From assembly GCA_963664115.2 (NCBI GenBank), contig CAXWPJ010000009.1:544001-608000 (forward strand): a DNA stretch of 64,000 nt, written 5' to 3'. Shown piece by piece: positions 1 through 10,000 of this stretch. The position numbers and the translations under genes are program-made. How positions within the stretch are numbered: the first letter of the stretch is position 1; the number at the start of each line of letters is the position of its first letter. Below the pieces are notes generated by a model. It did not search any database and had not been told where the DNA came from. It was given only the letters and a program-made list of their open reading frames with translations. The DNA comes from Terriglobia bacterium (GTDB lineage Bacteria; Acidobacteriota; Terriglobia; 20CM-2-55-15).

Positions 1-189
1 TTACATGGAGAATTACTTTTAAATCGTAATGTGTGTAAATGGAAGCAAGCCATTGAAGATGCAGAATTTATTGTTTTGGAACACCAAAGGAAAATTCGCG
101 CATTAAGGCGGGCAATCCGTGTTTTTCGGGAAAATGCCGAAGAAGGAACTCCGTTGAGCGACCCGTTGGGCAGAAGCGCTAATCGTTAG
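1..189 (+). CDS. possible 3' end of a hypothetical protein
   Basis: Frame 1 is open from the window edge to TAG at 187-189 (LHGELLLNRNVCKWKQAIEDAEF...); no motif recognised. Confidence 0.25.
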   Translation, partial: LHGELLLNRNVCKWKQAIEDAEFIVLEHQRKIRALRRAIRVFRENAEEGTPLSDPLGRSANR

Positions 190-673
190 GCAAATGGTTC
201 CCGTTGGGCAAAGCCGAATCCGCTATGACGGACAACTTCTATGGATTTCGGTATTTCCTGCACCGCCGAGTCGGATAAACCACACATTTGATTGATAAAC
301 TGATTTGGTATGGGATGTGCTCATTAAGGGCTGGGATGGCGACGAACCCGTTTGGCTGGTTAGCCAGGGAAGGCGTTCCGACACTCGGAGTCAGCATTTG
401 AAGACGGGATGAGATGGGATGAAGATGATTGGAGGAGAGGGTGAGTGGGATGGTGGAGGCCTGATCAACTTATTCTCTCCCTTGTAGTTTATTAGCTAGA
501 CCTGCCTTTTAGACCGGAATCTCAGTCCGGTCGGTTTCAGCAGATTCTTTAACAAACGCTTGCTGGCCTGCAATATAGTGTGTCGGTGGACGGCGCGCGA
601 ATTCCGCAAGCGAAAGTCGCCCCGGCTTCCGTGGGGCATGTCCGCATGCAGCCAGTCAAACCCAGTTGAACGC

Positions 674-700
674 GTAACTTCTTTGGAATCCGGGACGTAA
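674..700 (+). promoter_or_regulatory. putative ECF-sigma autoregulatory promoter GTAAC-N17-CGTAA
   Basis: AAC-type -35 (674-678) and CGT-type -10 (696-700) directly upstream of an ECF sigma ORF. Confidence 0.55.
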
Positions 701-707
701 TATATTA

Positions 708-1265
708 ATAGAGATTGATCGCGAGCTTGTCGTTCGGGCAAAGCGTGGCGAAATCCAAGCGCATGAAGAACTTGTCGCCCAGCTAGCGCCTATGGTCTTT
801 CGCTTGGCGGGCCGATTCTTTCGCTCCCGGGAGGACGTCGAAGATCTCTCTCAGGAGGCGTTTATCCGATTCTTCGATAAGATCGACCGGGTTCGCCCCG
901 ACGACAACGTAGCCGGTTGGGTTTCCAGAGTGACGATCAACGTTTGTTACGATCGCCTCAGGAAGTTGCGGCGCGAGAAGCTGGCCTTTGAAGAGTACCG
1001 GGGCCAGCCGTCTCCTCCGAGCGCACCCGGGCCCGGCGACTACGAATGGGTGTGGTCTGCGGTTAATACACTGGATGCCAAGCTGCGGATACCTCTGCTA
1101 TTGAAGGAGGTCGAAGAGTTGTCAATCAAGGAAATCTCCGACATAATGGGCCTCAGTATTTCAAACGTCAAAATTCGCTTGTATCGTGCCCGTAAGAAAC
1201 TCGCAGTTATGCTGGGAGATCAGATTGTGGGTCCGATATCTTCAGCCCCGGAGCGTTCATCTTGA
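708..1265 (+). CDS. ECF RNA polymerase sigma factor (first ATG at 792; probable non-canonical start near 702-714)
   Basis: Region 2 (DVEDLSQEAFIRFF..W..RVTINVCYD) and region 4 (SIKEISDIMG..SNVKIRLYRARKKL). The in-frame upstream stretch IEIDRELVVRAKRGEIQAHEELV is a typical ECF N-terminal helix. Confidence 0.9.
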   Translation: MEIDRELVVRAKRGEIQAHEELVAQLAPMVFRLAGRFFRSREDVEDLSQEAFIRFFDKIDRVRPDDNVAGWVSRVTINVCYDRLRKLRREKLAFEEYRGQPSPPSAPGPGDYEWVWSAVNTLDAKLRIPLLLKEVEELSIKEISDIMGLSISNVKIRLYRARKKLAVMLGDQIVGPISSAPERSS

Positions 1266-1609
1266 ATGAATTTCTTCCAAAAGGGTTTGTCGATCGTGAA
1301 CGTCGCCGCGCTTTCATCCCCGACGCGGATTTCGCGAAGCGCGTTGTCGCCGAGATCCGACCGGTAAACCAGTCGGCGGCTGCGGTTTGGGACTCTGTGC
1401 CGAGTTTCGCCCGTCCGATGATCGCCGTCATAACGTGCGTCCTGCTGATCATTCTCGGTGTTCAGGTGTTCCTGCCACAGTCACCCGAGGTCGGGATCAT
1501 CGACGCCTATCTGGAAATGGATCAGGGGCCCGCAGACCAGTGGCTTTATCGAAACGCCGAGCTGCCTGAAGGGCGCGATCTACTGGTTGAGATCAGCCTC
1601 GCGGAGTAA
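1262..1609 (+). CDS. putative membrane anti-sigma factor
   Basis: TTG start overlaps the sigma stop codon; one TM helix; DFAKRVVAEI segment before the TM helix. Confidence 0.7.
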   Translation: MNEFLPKGFVDRERRRAFIPDADFAKRVVAEIRPVNQSAAAVWDSVPSFARPMIAVITCVLLIILGVQVFLPQSPEVGIIDAYLEMDQGPADQWLYRNAELPEGRDLLVEISLAE

Positions 1610-1646
1610 TGCCGAGTAGTACTCGAGGACTAATAGTGGAGTAGCG

Positions 1647-2012
1647 ATGAAACGAACTGTACAAGCAAAAGTGTTGATTCTGGCTGTTTTCGTCGTTGGC
1701 CTTCTAACGGGTGCCATTCTGATGGACGTCTATGAGACGCGTGTTTTTAGCAGCGACGAGCGCGATCAGCGCGGCGTCTCCTATGTCGAGTATCTTCAGT
1801 TGACCGAAGAACAGGAAGCAGGCGTCGAAGTCATACTCGAAGGCACGCGCGAAGGCTTTCGTGAGCTGCGCAGGCAGACTCGACCGTTGTATGATCAGTT
1901 GAGCGAGAACACTCAAAACCAGATTCGGGAGTTATTGACCGAACCCCAACAGGTGCTCTATAGCGAGTGGATCGAAGACCTCCGCCGACGGCGAGGTCGG
2001 GACCGGGAATAG
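1647..2012 (+). CDS. periplasmic helical Spy/CpxP-like sensor protein
   Basis: N-terminal TM/signal segment; LQLTEEQ and LLTEPQQ (LTxxQ) motifs; third gene of the ECF operon. Confidence 0.7.
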   Translation: MKRTVQAKVLILAVFVVGLLTGAILMDVYETRVFSSDERDQRGVSYVEYLQLTEEQEAGVEVILEGTREGFRELRRQTRPLYDQLSENTQNQIRELLTEPQQVLYSEWIEDLRRRRGRDRE

Positions 2013-2045
2013 GCGTATCACATAGAGTTTTATTCCGGATGAAGA

Positions 2046-2080
2046 GGCGCGGATCCATCGGCGGGTTCCGCGCCATTTTT
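2046..2080 (+). terminator. intrinsic terminator of the ECF operon
   Basis: GGCGCGGA...TCCGCGCC stem followed by ATTTTT. Confidence 0.65.
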
Positions 2081-2105
2081 GTGACTAATATGTGTCTATA
2101 ATAAC

Positions 2106-2186
2106 CGGTCAGGTAAGGGCCGGACACCTCCGTAGCGAGCCCTTTCAACAGCAGGTGCGGTCTGTATATGAGAAGACCCACGACCG
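2106..2186 (+). ncRNA. candidate structured leader RNA upstream of lysA (family not recognised)
   Basis: TATAAT at 2097-2102, then helices CGGUC/GACCG, AAGGGC/GCCCUU, CGGA/UCCG and GGUCU/AGACC, plus a possible pseudoknot CACCU/AGGUG. Confidence 0.4.
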
Positions 2187-2211
2187 ACAGTTTCTGTGCC
2201 TTAATCGCCCT

Positions 2212-3447
2212 ATGGACTATTTCGAATACCACGATGACGTGCTGGCTTGCGAGGGCGTCGGGCTCGAAGCGATCGCTGAATCCGTAGGCACCCCGGTCTA
2301 CGTTTACAGTCAGGCGACGCTCCGGCGTCACGTGAACGTTCTTGACGCGGCCTTCGGTAAGACACCGCATCGCTTGTGTTACGCAGTCAAGGCAAATTCC
2401 AACTTGACCCTTCTAAGACGATTCGTGGAATGGGGAACCGGCTTTGAAGTCGTATCCGGAGGTGAGTTGTTTCGCGTGCTCGAGGCTGGCGCTTCGCCCT
2501 ATAGTGTCATTCTTTCGGGCGTCGGGAAGACACGGGATGAAATTCGTCATGCTTTGGATGCGGGCGTTCTTTTTCTGAGTGTCGAATCCCAACCGGAACT
2601 GGAGTTGATTTCAGAGATAGCCGTCGCGACCGGATGCTCCGCGCGCGTCGTTTTTCGAATTAATCCCGATGTGGACCCACGCACGCATCCGTACATATCG
2701 ACGGGCCTCAAACGAAACAAGTTCGGGATCAGTCTTTCCGATGCCTCTTCCGTCATTCATGCCGGAACCTCGTTGCCAGGTGTAACCATTGTGGGTATCG
2801 GTTGTCATATCGGCTCTCAGATCACGGAACTGGATCCGTTCGAAGAAGCGATTGCAGGCATCGTCGACCTGGCCCGTGATCTTGTCCGTCAGGGAATCGC
2901 TCTCGAGTATCTGGATGTAGGTGGGGGTCTCGGGATTTCGTATGACGCTGAGGAGCCGCCTTCGTTGGAAGCCTATGCCAGAACGGTTCGCAGCGTCAGC
3001 GAGGACCTCGGCTTGACCCTCATCCTGGAACCGGGACGTGTCATAGCGGGAAATGCAGGTATTCTGCTCTGCCGTGTGATCCGTAAAAAGACGCACGGAG
3101 ACAAACGTTTCGTGATTGTCGATGCGGGGATGAACGATCTGATCCGTCCCGCGCTCTACGATTCCTTTCACCGACTGATGCCGGTGCGCCCGAGAGAAGG
3201 AAAGGAAATCGTCGATGTCGTCGGTCCGATTTGCGAATCTGCGGATTTCATCGCACAGGATCGCGAAGTAAATTGTTTGGAGTCCGGTGATCTCGTGGCG
3301 GTCATGTCCGCCGGTGCCTATGGCTTTAGTCTGGCATCGAACTACAACTCGCGTCCCCGTCCTGCGGAGGTTCTCGTTGACGGTGACAGCTTTTCTGTCG
3401 TCCGTCGCCGCGAAACCTATGAAGATTTAATTCGTCTGGAAAGGTAG
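2212..3447 (+). CDS. lysA: diaminopimelate decarboxylase
   Basis: YAVKANSN (PLP lysine), HPYISTG, HIGSQI, EPGR, GPICES and ASNYNSRPR motifs; ATG 2212 preferred over GTG 2092. Confidence 0.97.
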   Translation: MDYFEYHDDVLACEGVGLEAIAESVGTPVYVYSQATLRRHVNVLDAAFGKTPHRLCYAVKANSNLTLLRRFVEWGTGFEVVSGGELFRVLEAGASPYSVILSGVGKTRDEIRHALDAGVLFLSVESQPELELISEIAVATGCSARVVFRINPDVDPRTHPYISTGLKRNKFGISLSDASSVIHAGTSLPGVTIVGIGCHIGSQITELDPFEEAIAGIVDLARDLVRQGIALEYLDVGGGLGISYDAEEPPSLEAYARTVRSVSEDLGLTLILEPGRVIAGNAGILLCRVIRKKTHGDKRFVIVDAGMNDLIRPALYDSFHRLMPVRPREGKEIVDVVGPICESADFIAQDREVNCLESGDLVAVMSAGAYGFSLASNYNSRPRPAEVLVDGDSFSVVRRRETYEDLIRLER

Positions 3448-3804
3448 ATGCAAACTAGACGCTAAGCAGACGACAAGAGGAGCGGAAGCCCCGGAATCGG
3501 AATCGTCGTCGACGGGAATTGAGTGAGAGCGCGTGTGGCGAGCTCACTTGGAAGTTCGAGACGTAAGATTTCGCTCGGTCGTTCAAACGGCCATCCTGGC
3601 CGAACGACCGGCGACCCTCACCATCATCCTGATGGCGAGGCCTATAGGGATCAACGGAATGTTCTTGGCCCTGGTCTTAGAATAACCCGCAGCGTTCCTC
3701 GCTGGGGGTGGACCCGGAGGCGGAGCCGGAGCGTTCCAGAAAAAGCTGCGCAGCCGAGGCGTCAGAGTAAGCAGATGATTGGATCGGCAAGACTAAACTA
3801 TCTA

Positions 3805-4955
3805 GTGGTCCCCGTTAAACAGACTGTAACTTATCAAGATTTCGCCGGCCGCGCTGGACTTTAGCAAGGATGTCGGAAGCCGTTGCAGTCCAGATGAAGG
3901 GTTTCGGGTCTTCATTGTGACGAGCGAGGTAGTCCTCCACGGCCTGGATCAACTCGGGGACCGAGCGGAAAACGCCACGCCGGAGTCGTTGCTCGGACAG
4001 ATCCCGGAAAAAGCGCTCGACCATGTTGAGCCACGACGCACTGGTTGGCGTGAAGTGCACATGAAAACGCTTGTTACGCTTGAGCCAGTTGACGACTTTC
4101 TGATGTTTGTGAGTCGCATAGTTGTCGCAAATAATGTGGATCTCCTTATCTTTCGGCATGGCGCGTTTGATCTGATTCAGAAACCGGATCCATTCCTGAT
4201 GGCGATGCTTTGGCATGCAGGTTCCGATGACCGAACCGTCCAGGATGTTGAGCGCGGCGAAAAGCGTGGTTGTCCCGTTACGTTTGTAATCGTGGGTCAT
4301 GGTGCCACACCGCCCCTTCTTCAGAGGTAACCCGGGTTGCGTGCGGTCCAGGGCCTGCATCTGGCTCTTCTCATCGCAGGACAAGACAATGGCGTTTTCC
4401 GGTGGGCTCAGATACAGACCGACCACATCCTCCAGCTTTTCGGCGAATCGTTTGTCGTTGGATAGTTTGAAGGTTCGTGACAGATGAGGCTTCAGTCCAT
4501 GGACCCGCCAGATTTTCCCGACCGTGGACTCGCTCACGCCAACGGCCTTCGCCATCGAGGCCCGACTCCAGTGCGTCGCGTTCGGGGGCTTCTCTTCCAG
4601 TGTCTTCTTGACGATCCGGGCTCGCTTCCGGCGACTGATCGTGGGAATCCGTCCGCTTCGCGGCGCATCCTTTTCGATCCCAGCCAAGCCCTGTTCCACA
4701 AAACGATTGCGCCAGCGGCCCGCTTTCTGGCGCGTGATCTCCAAGCGGGCGGCGATCTCATAATTGTTCCGACCTTCAGCGGCCAGTAATACAATTCGGG
4801 ATCGTTCCGCCAACCGGACCGATGTACTCCGGCTTCGACTCAGTCGCTCCAACTCCATCCGCTGCTTGTCATCCAATTCAATGGTCGGTGCTTTCCTCAT
4901 TCTCTATTGGACGTTGGAAAGCTATTTTAGTTACATTACTTCGAGCGGGGTACAC
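3805..4955 (-). mobile_element. IS630-family insertion sequence, copy 1 (1151 bp, TA duplication within CTAG)
   Basis: Imperfect terminal IRs GTGGTCCCCGTT..TGTAACT / GTGTACCCCGCT..TGTAACT; CTAG at both ends (3802-3805, 4955-4958); boundaries set by identity with copy 2. Confidence 0.95.
3815..4900 (-). CDS. IS630-family DDE transposase
   Basis: N-terminal HTH; CDEK, YKRNGT, CDNYATHK and SWLNMVERFF motifs. Confidence 0.97.
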   Translation of the reverse strand: MRKAPTIELDDKQRMELERLSRSRSTSVRLAERSRIVLLAAEGRNNYEIAARLEITRQKAGRWRNRFVEQGLAGIEKDAPRSGRIPTISRRKRARIVKKTLEEKPPNATHWSRASMAKAVGVSESTVGKIWRVHGLKPHLSRTFKLSNDKRFAEKLEDVVGLYLSPPENAIVLSCDEKSQMQALDRTQPGLPLKKGRCGTMTHDYKRNGTTTLFAALNILDGSVIGTCMPKHRHQEWIRFLNQIKRAMPKDKEIHIICDNYATHKHQKVVNWLKRNKRFHVHFTPTSASWLNMVERFFRDLSEQRLRRGVFRSVPELIQAVEDYLARHNEDPKPFIWTATASDILAKVQRGRRNLDKLQSV

Positions 4956-6242
4956 TAGCGCGGCCGGCAGCAGATCCCTGTAGAACGCCGAGATCCGGCT
5001 GAGCGGGGCCACTTCCAACGTCGCCATTCCCAGCGTCGTCCCATCCGGCTGTAGTATGTAAAACTCTGCGGTGGCGTCCCCTTCGGTCGGGTTCACCAAT
5101 GCCAGGGCTGTAAAGAACCCATCCCCTTCGGCCAGTTTCTGGTACACATTCAGCTGGGCGCCTTCGGTCTCTTCCACTCCCGGGACCACCCAAAACGACG
5201 GCGTGTTCGTGTACCCCTGTCCCACATAGCTGGCAATCCGACCCACCAGGGACTCCACCTCAATCCAGCCACTTTCCAGCTCTTCGGTGCCGGCCACACT
5301 GAACAACTCCGCCACCGTTCCCCGCCAGCCCCCATTGGCCGGCAAGGTCACTGTTTTCGGGTTCTCGGCAAACGCCAACACACTGCCGTCATTGCCCCGC
5401 GCGGTCAACGTTACCGTCTGTAGGGTCTCGGCTGTGTTCACCAATCCCACCACCGACACCCAGCCGCCGCCGGTCACAAACTGGTTCAACACCTGCCGCT
5501 CGGCCCCACTGGGCGCCTGTCCCAGGATCACGCCCGACTCCCGCCCCAAATCGCTGCCCGATATCTTGAAGTCGGCGACCAACTCCTGGGCCGCGACCGG
5601 CCGGTCCGCTCCCACCTGAACGTGGGACGCTCCCTCCAGCGCCGCATTCGGGAACAAGCCTTCCAGCGTCTGCCGCAATATAGCTTTCGGCTCCAAAACC
5701 ACATCGGTCACTTCCAGGCTCTCGCCTTCGAACCCGTACAACACCAAGCCCACATTAGCGGCCTCGTCTCCCACGTTCACCACTGTCACTTCCGTCTTCG
5801 TCGACCCATCCTCCGCCGCCAGCGGCAGAACGAAGCGCACGCCCGAAACCGCCGCCAGACCCCCATCCAGGTCTGTTCCTGCCCCATTCCGGTTCAGCCC
5901 GAATCCGGTCAGTCCACGCGTCGCCGATGTCACCCGTACCCAGCCGTTGAAGTCTGCGCTTCCGAACAACTCCACATAGGAAAGGGCTTCCTGGCCCCCC
6001 GCCAGTATCGTCCGCGTCGTCGGGTTCTCCACCCCAACCACCAGACTCCCGTTCGCTTCAAACGCCGCATACGTCACCGTCACCGTCACCGCACTCGGAT
6101 TCACCACCACGAGTTCGGTCGTCACCTGATCACTCGATATCACTCGGGGAAAGTTCAGGACCGATTGGGCTGTCGCTACTGCCGGCGTCAGCAGGGCTGC
6201 CAGCACAGTCAGGGCCAATAGGCGGGTCGGACGGAATCTCAT
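4956..6242 (-). pseudogene. secreted surface protein with a 4-repeat beta-domain cassette, truncated at the 3' end by IS630
   Basis: Signal peptide (ATA-Q); four ~105-aa repeats (FP..T.L.VVN ... ELF ... GW..V.S); the frame runs into the IS end within repeat 4. Confidence 0.8.
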
Positions 6243-6285
6243 ATGCGCCTTGCTTATCAAAATCGACTAAGTGCTTGGAACTGGC

Positions 6286-6314
6286 AGGTTATCGTCAGGC
6301 CTCGTTTGTGTAAA
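6286..6314 (-). promoter_or_regulatory. sigma70-type promoter TTTACA-N17-TAACCT
   Basis: Near-consensus boxes with 17-nt spacing, 44 nt upstream of ATG 6242. Confidence 0.45.
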
Positions 6315-6575
6315 GCGCATTCTTATCTTATGACGACTATCGCTTAGAGGCGATCGTAGCAGACCCGGCACGGGCAAAACTCACCCCCCGGCGCCACAAT
6401 GGGGAGGCATCCTGCCTTGTACAGGTATTCTCTACAGTGTGGCTCACGCCTCCGTGGTAAAAGAAGGAGTTGGCGCTGCGGCAAATCTGCCGGAAGGGCA
6501 GCCTTACACTCCAGGGGCGAAAGCAGTGATAAGACACAGACACGAAAAACGTTTCCTAATCGGAAAAGAGTGACT

Positions 6576-7091
6576 ATGAGACTACGTCGACTTTTAATCC
6601 TGATTTTTCTCTTCGCGTTTCCTCTGCACGCCGCGACGGTCCTACGTCTGGATTTGGATGGATTGGTATCGACCGCCCAGACCATCGTCGTCGGAAAGGT
6701 CAGGGACTCGGATACCTATTGGAGCGCCGATGGCCGTCTGATACTGACCCGGCATACGATCGAAGTAGCGGAAACCCTTAAGGGCTTTAACGATGAGACT
6801 GTTGAAATAACAACGATCGGCGGGACGATTGGCGATTTAACGCTATATGTTGCCGGAATGCCTGTCTTCGAGCCGGGCGAGGATACGGTTGTGTTCCTAG
6901 AGGCTGCGGGTCCTTACCGGACCGTCGTCGGTTTGGGCCAGGGAAAGTTCACGGTTGCCGACGACTTTGTGTCCAACAGTGTCTCGAGTCTGGAATTTGC
7001 TGACACGAGTCCCGGCCGCGTGACGCGGATGCAGTTCGCTCGATTCAAGAACGCTATCCGAGAACGGCTTGAAACAGGGAACGCGCGTTGA
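6576..7091 (+). CDS. secreted hypothetical protein coupled to the matrixin gene (possible TIMP/NTR-like fold)
   Basis: Signal peptide (LHA-A); IVVGKV, ETLKG, GGTIG, GE..VVFL and GLGQGKF motifs; stop overlaps the protease start. Confidence 0.8.
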   Translation: MRLRRLLILIFLFAFPLHAATVLRLDLDGLVSTAQTIVVGKVRDSDTYWSADGRLILTRHTIEVAETLKGFNDETVEITTIGGTIGDLTLYVAGMPVFEPGEDTVVFLEAAGPYRTVVGLGQGKFTVADDFVSNSVSSLEFADTSPGRVTRMQFARFKNAIRERLETGNAR

Positions 7092-10000
7092 GCAAACACT
7101 TCGCGTTGCTGATCCTGATGTTAATTCCCTGGCAATCTCTGTCCGGCTATATACGGATCACGACTTCCCTGGGCGCGACGCCGCGATGGGCCGAAACCGC
7201 AATTCCATACTCCGTCAGCGAGGCCGGGTCACCCCAGATACCGAATGGAAGCGAGTTTGGGGCGGTTGCCGCCGCCTTTGACGCGTGGGAAGGGGTTGCT
7301 GGCACCACGGTCGATTTCGAATTCCAGGGGACGACGCCCATACGCACCGCCGGCCGTGACGGAACGAACCTCGTCACCTTCGTGGATGACAGCGGCATGG
7401 GAGCTCTACTGGGAACGACGACGCTGGCGGCTACGTTTTCGTTCTTCAACAGGGTGGGAGGGGCACTCGTTTTCGAGGAATCCGACATCGCCTTCAATCC
7501 GTCTCACTCTCTCACAACCAGTGGCGAGCCTGACCGATTCGACATCCAGAGTGTTTTGACCCACGAAGTGGGACACCTGCTGGGACTCGATCACAGTGGT
7601 CTGATTTCCTCAGTGATGGCGCCGTTTGCCATTCAGGACCAGACCGATCAGCGGGTGTTGCTCTACGACGATATTGCCGGCGTCATCGAGATTTACCCGG
7701 ACGAGACCGCAACACCGGAGGTCGGCGTGATTCAGGGGACGGTCACCTTGAACGGGGCTGGGGTCTTCGGAGCCCACGTCGTAGCGATGGATTCCAAGGG
7801 AACGGTTATGACGTCCACGATGTCAGCGAGGGACGGCACCTACACCGTTCGATTTCTTCCCGTGGGCAATTACCGCGTGTATGCGGAGCCGCTGGATAAG
7901 CCCGTGTCGTCTCAACACCTTCCCGGTTTTTTCTCCGATCTGAATGTGGACTTTGGAACCACTTACTTTGGGGACACGCGGGTTCTCAGTGACGCCAGCA
8001 CCGTGGCGGCAACCTCCGGGGGGACGACCGGGGGCATTGATATCCATGTCCTGCCGGCGTCGATATCCGACTTCAATCTGACCCGGCCGGTATTCGCTCC
8101 ACGGATCAGTTCAGGAAGCCCGGAGACTCTTCGTGTCGGTGGTGAGAACGTCGTGGCTGGAGTTTCGTTCTCTGTGTCGACCCCTCTTATTCGTTTCGAC
8201 AGCATCAAATTCGGTGGTCGTCTCTCGACAACCGCGCCCACGAGCGCAACGCTGGAAACCGTGATCGATCCGGCCACACCCATCGGCCCCAAGAACGTGA
8301 GCGGGGCCTCGGGCTCTGACACCTCGGTGCTCAGCGGTGGGATCGTCGTTACGAATACTCCCCCTACCAACATCGAGGTGTCTCCATCCTCGGGCTTTTT
8401 TGAAGGCGGAATCCCCGTGACAATCAGAGGCCGGGACTTCCGTCCCGGAATTCGGGTGTTCTTTGCTGGGCTACCGGCAGAAAACGTCGCGTTCCTGAAT
8501 TCCGGCTTGCTCCAGGCAACAGTTCCAGCCAACTCTCCGGGACCGGCCAACCTTCAGTTGTTCAACACCGACGGTACCTCCGGCCTGCTCCTGAACGCCT
8601 TCAGCTATACGGCCCCACCTCCAACGGTTACCGATATCCAGCCCGGGAGCGGTCCTCCCGCAACATTGGTCATCATCGACGGCACTAACTTCGACACGCG
8701 CCCTCAAAACATTGTCGTGCGCTTTAACGGCTCCCGCGCACGAACGCTGAGCTCGACGCGAACCCGGATTGAGACCGTGGTGCCCTTCGGAGCGACTACT
8801 GGCCCGCTGACCGTGTCGGTGTTTGGCGTCGATACCGATGCGGGAACATTTACGGTGACCGCGCCCGAGCCGAGCGAGAATGTCGCGCCTGCCTTTGTGG
8901 AATTTTTGGATGCCTCAGTAGGGGCGGGTGGGACCGCGGCGAACTTTCCAGCTCAACCGCGGAATGGGTGCGAGAACAGTCGTGACGATGGCATCTATTT
9001 TCAGGATTTGCCTTTCAGCTTCAGCCTCTTTACTGACACGTTCATCGGCGGCACACCCGTCTCGATCGCGACCAACGGCTGGATTAGCCTGGACGGGACG
9101 TCCTTCTCCGAATTCCAGAATGCAGGCCTTCCCGCCGAGACCGTCATCCGGCCCAGCGGAGAGGATGGCGTCATTCCGCCGGCGTTGATTGCGCCCTTCT
9201 TTGACGACCTGATTCTCTGTGGAGGCGCTTCGGTCACGACCCGGATTAGGGGAAGCGCGCCGAATCGCAGTTTCGTTATTCAATGGTCGGGGCTATCGAT
9301 TCTGGACGAAGTTGGCGAGAACCTGGATGCCGATCTGACTTTCGAGTTGATCCTCTACGAGGGATCGAATGACGTCCGTTTTGTCTATGGAACTATGGCG
9401 GGCGCCCGGTCGGACGGATCCAGCGCAACCGTCGGAATGCAGAACGTTCGACGGGATCAGGCGGTTCAGGCGGGCTTCGATGAGAGCATTGTTGAATCCG
9501 GCATGGCCCTCACCTATAGGTTCGACGGGGGTGCCTATGTTGAGGAACGGACCGACGCCTCACGGCCAGGAAGACCTGTTGTTTCCGACGGCGGCGCCCG
9601 AACGGCCAGTCTTTCGGAACTTTTAGCGTCGTGGATCGCAGACCGGTTGGAGACCTCGATAGTCGAGTTCGAATACGCAATCGGTACGACGCCCGGTGGT
9701 AGCGATGTGCGTGGGTTCACGGCGGTTCAAAGCAACTCTATCGTTGTGACCGGACTATCGCTTGAAGAAGGCGCAATCTATTACTTTGCCGTGCGTGCGA
9801 AAAACGCGACAGGGCTCGCGAGTGAAGTGGGTGTGTCTGACGGAATCCTCATCGACACCTCCTTCATTCCGTCAACGTCAATTTTTCCCTCCCTACCGCA
9901 TAGCGCGACAAGTTTCGGAGGACTCGCGTTGATCGCCGAGCAGGATACCGACGTCGTACTCCGAGCGCTTGACTCGGACGGGTCCTTAGCGACGGGCTTA

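Noticed and set aside
2041-2210. Lysine riboswitch before lysA (AGAGGCGCG start)
   Set aside because: The GGCGCGGA is one arm of a terminator hairpin; the internal lysine-riboswitch motifs (GCCGAA, ACUGUC, closing GAG.GC) are absent.
3523-3864. 113-aa ORF after lysA
   Set aside because: Arg-rich, no motif, and it ends inside the IS.
6480-6530. c-di-GMP-I riboswitch-like GGCAAA-stem-GGAA
   Set aside because: Not followed by the GCAAA junction or a P3 receptor helix.
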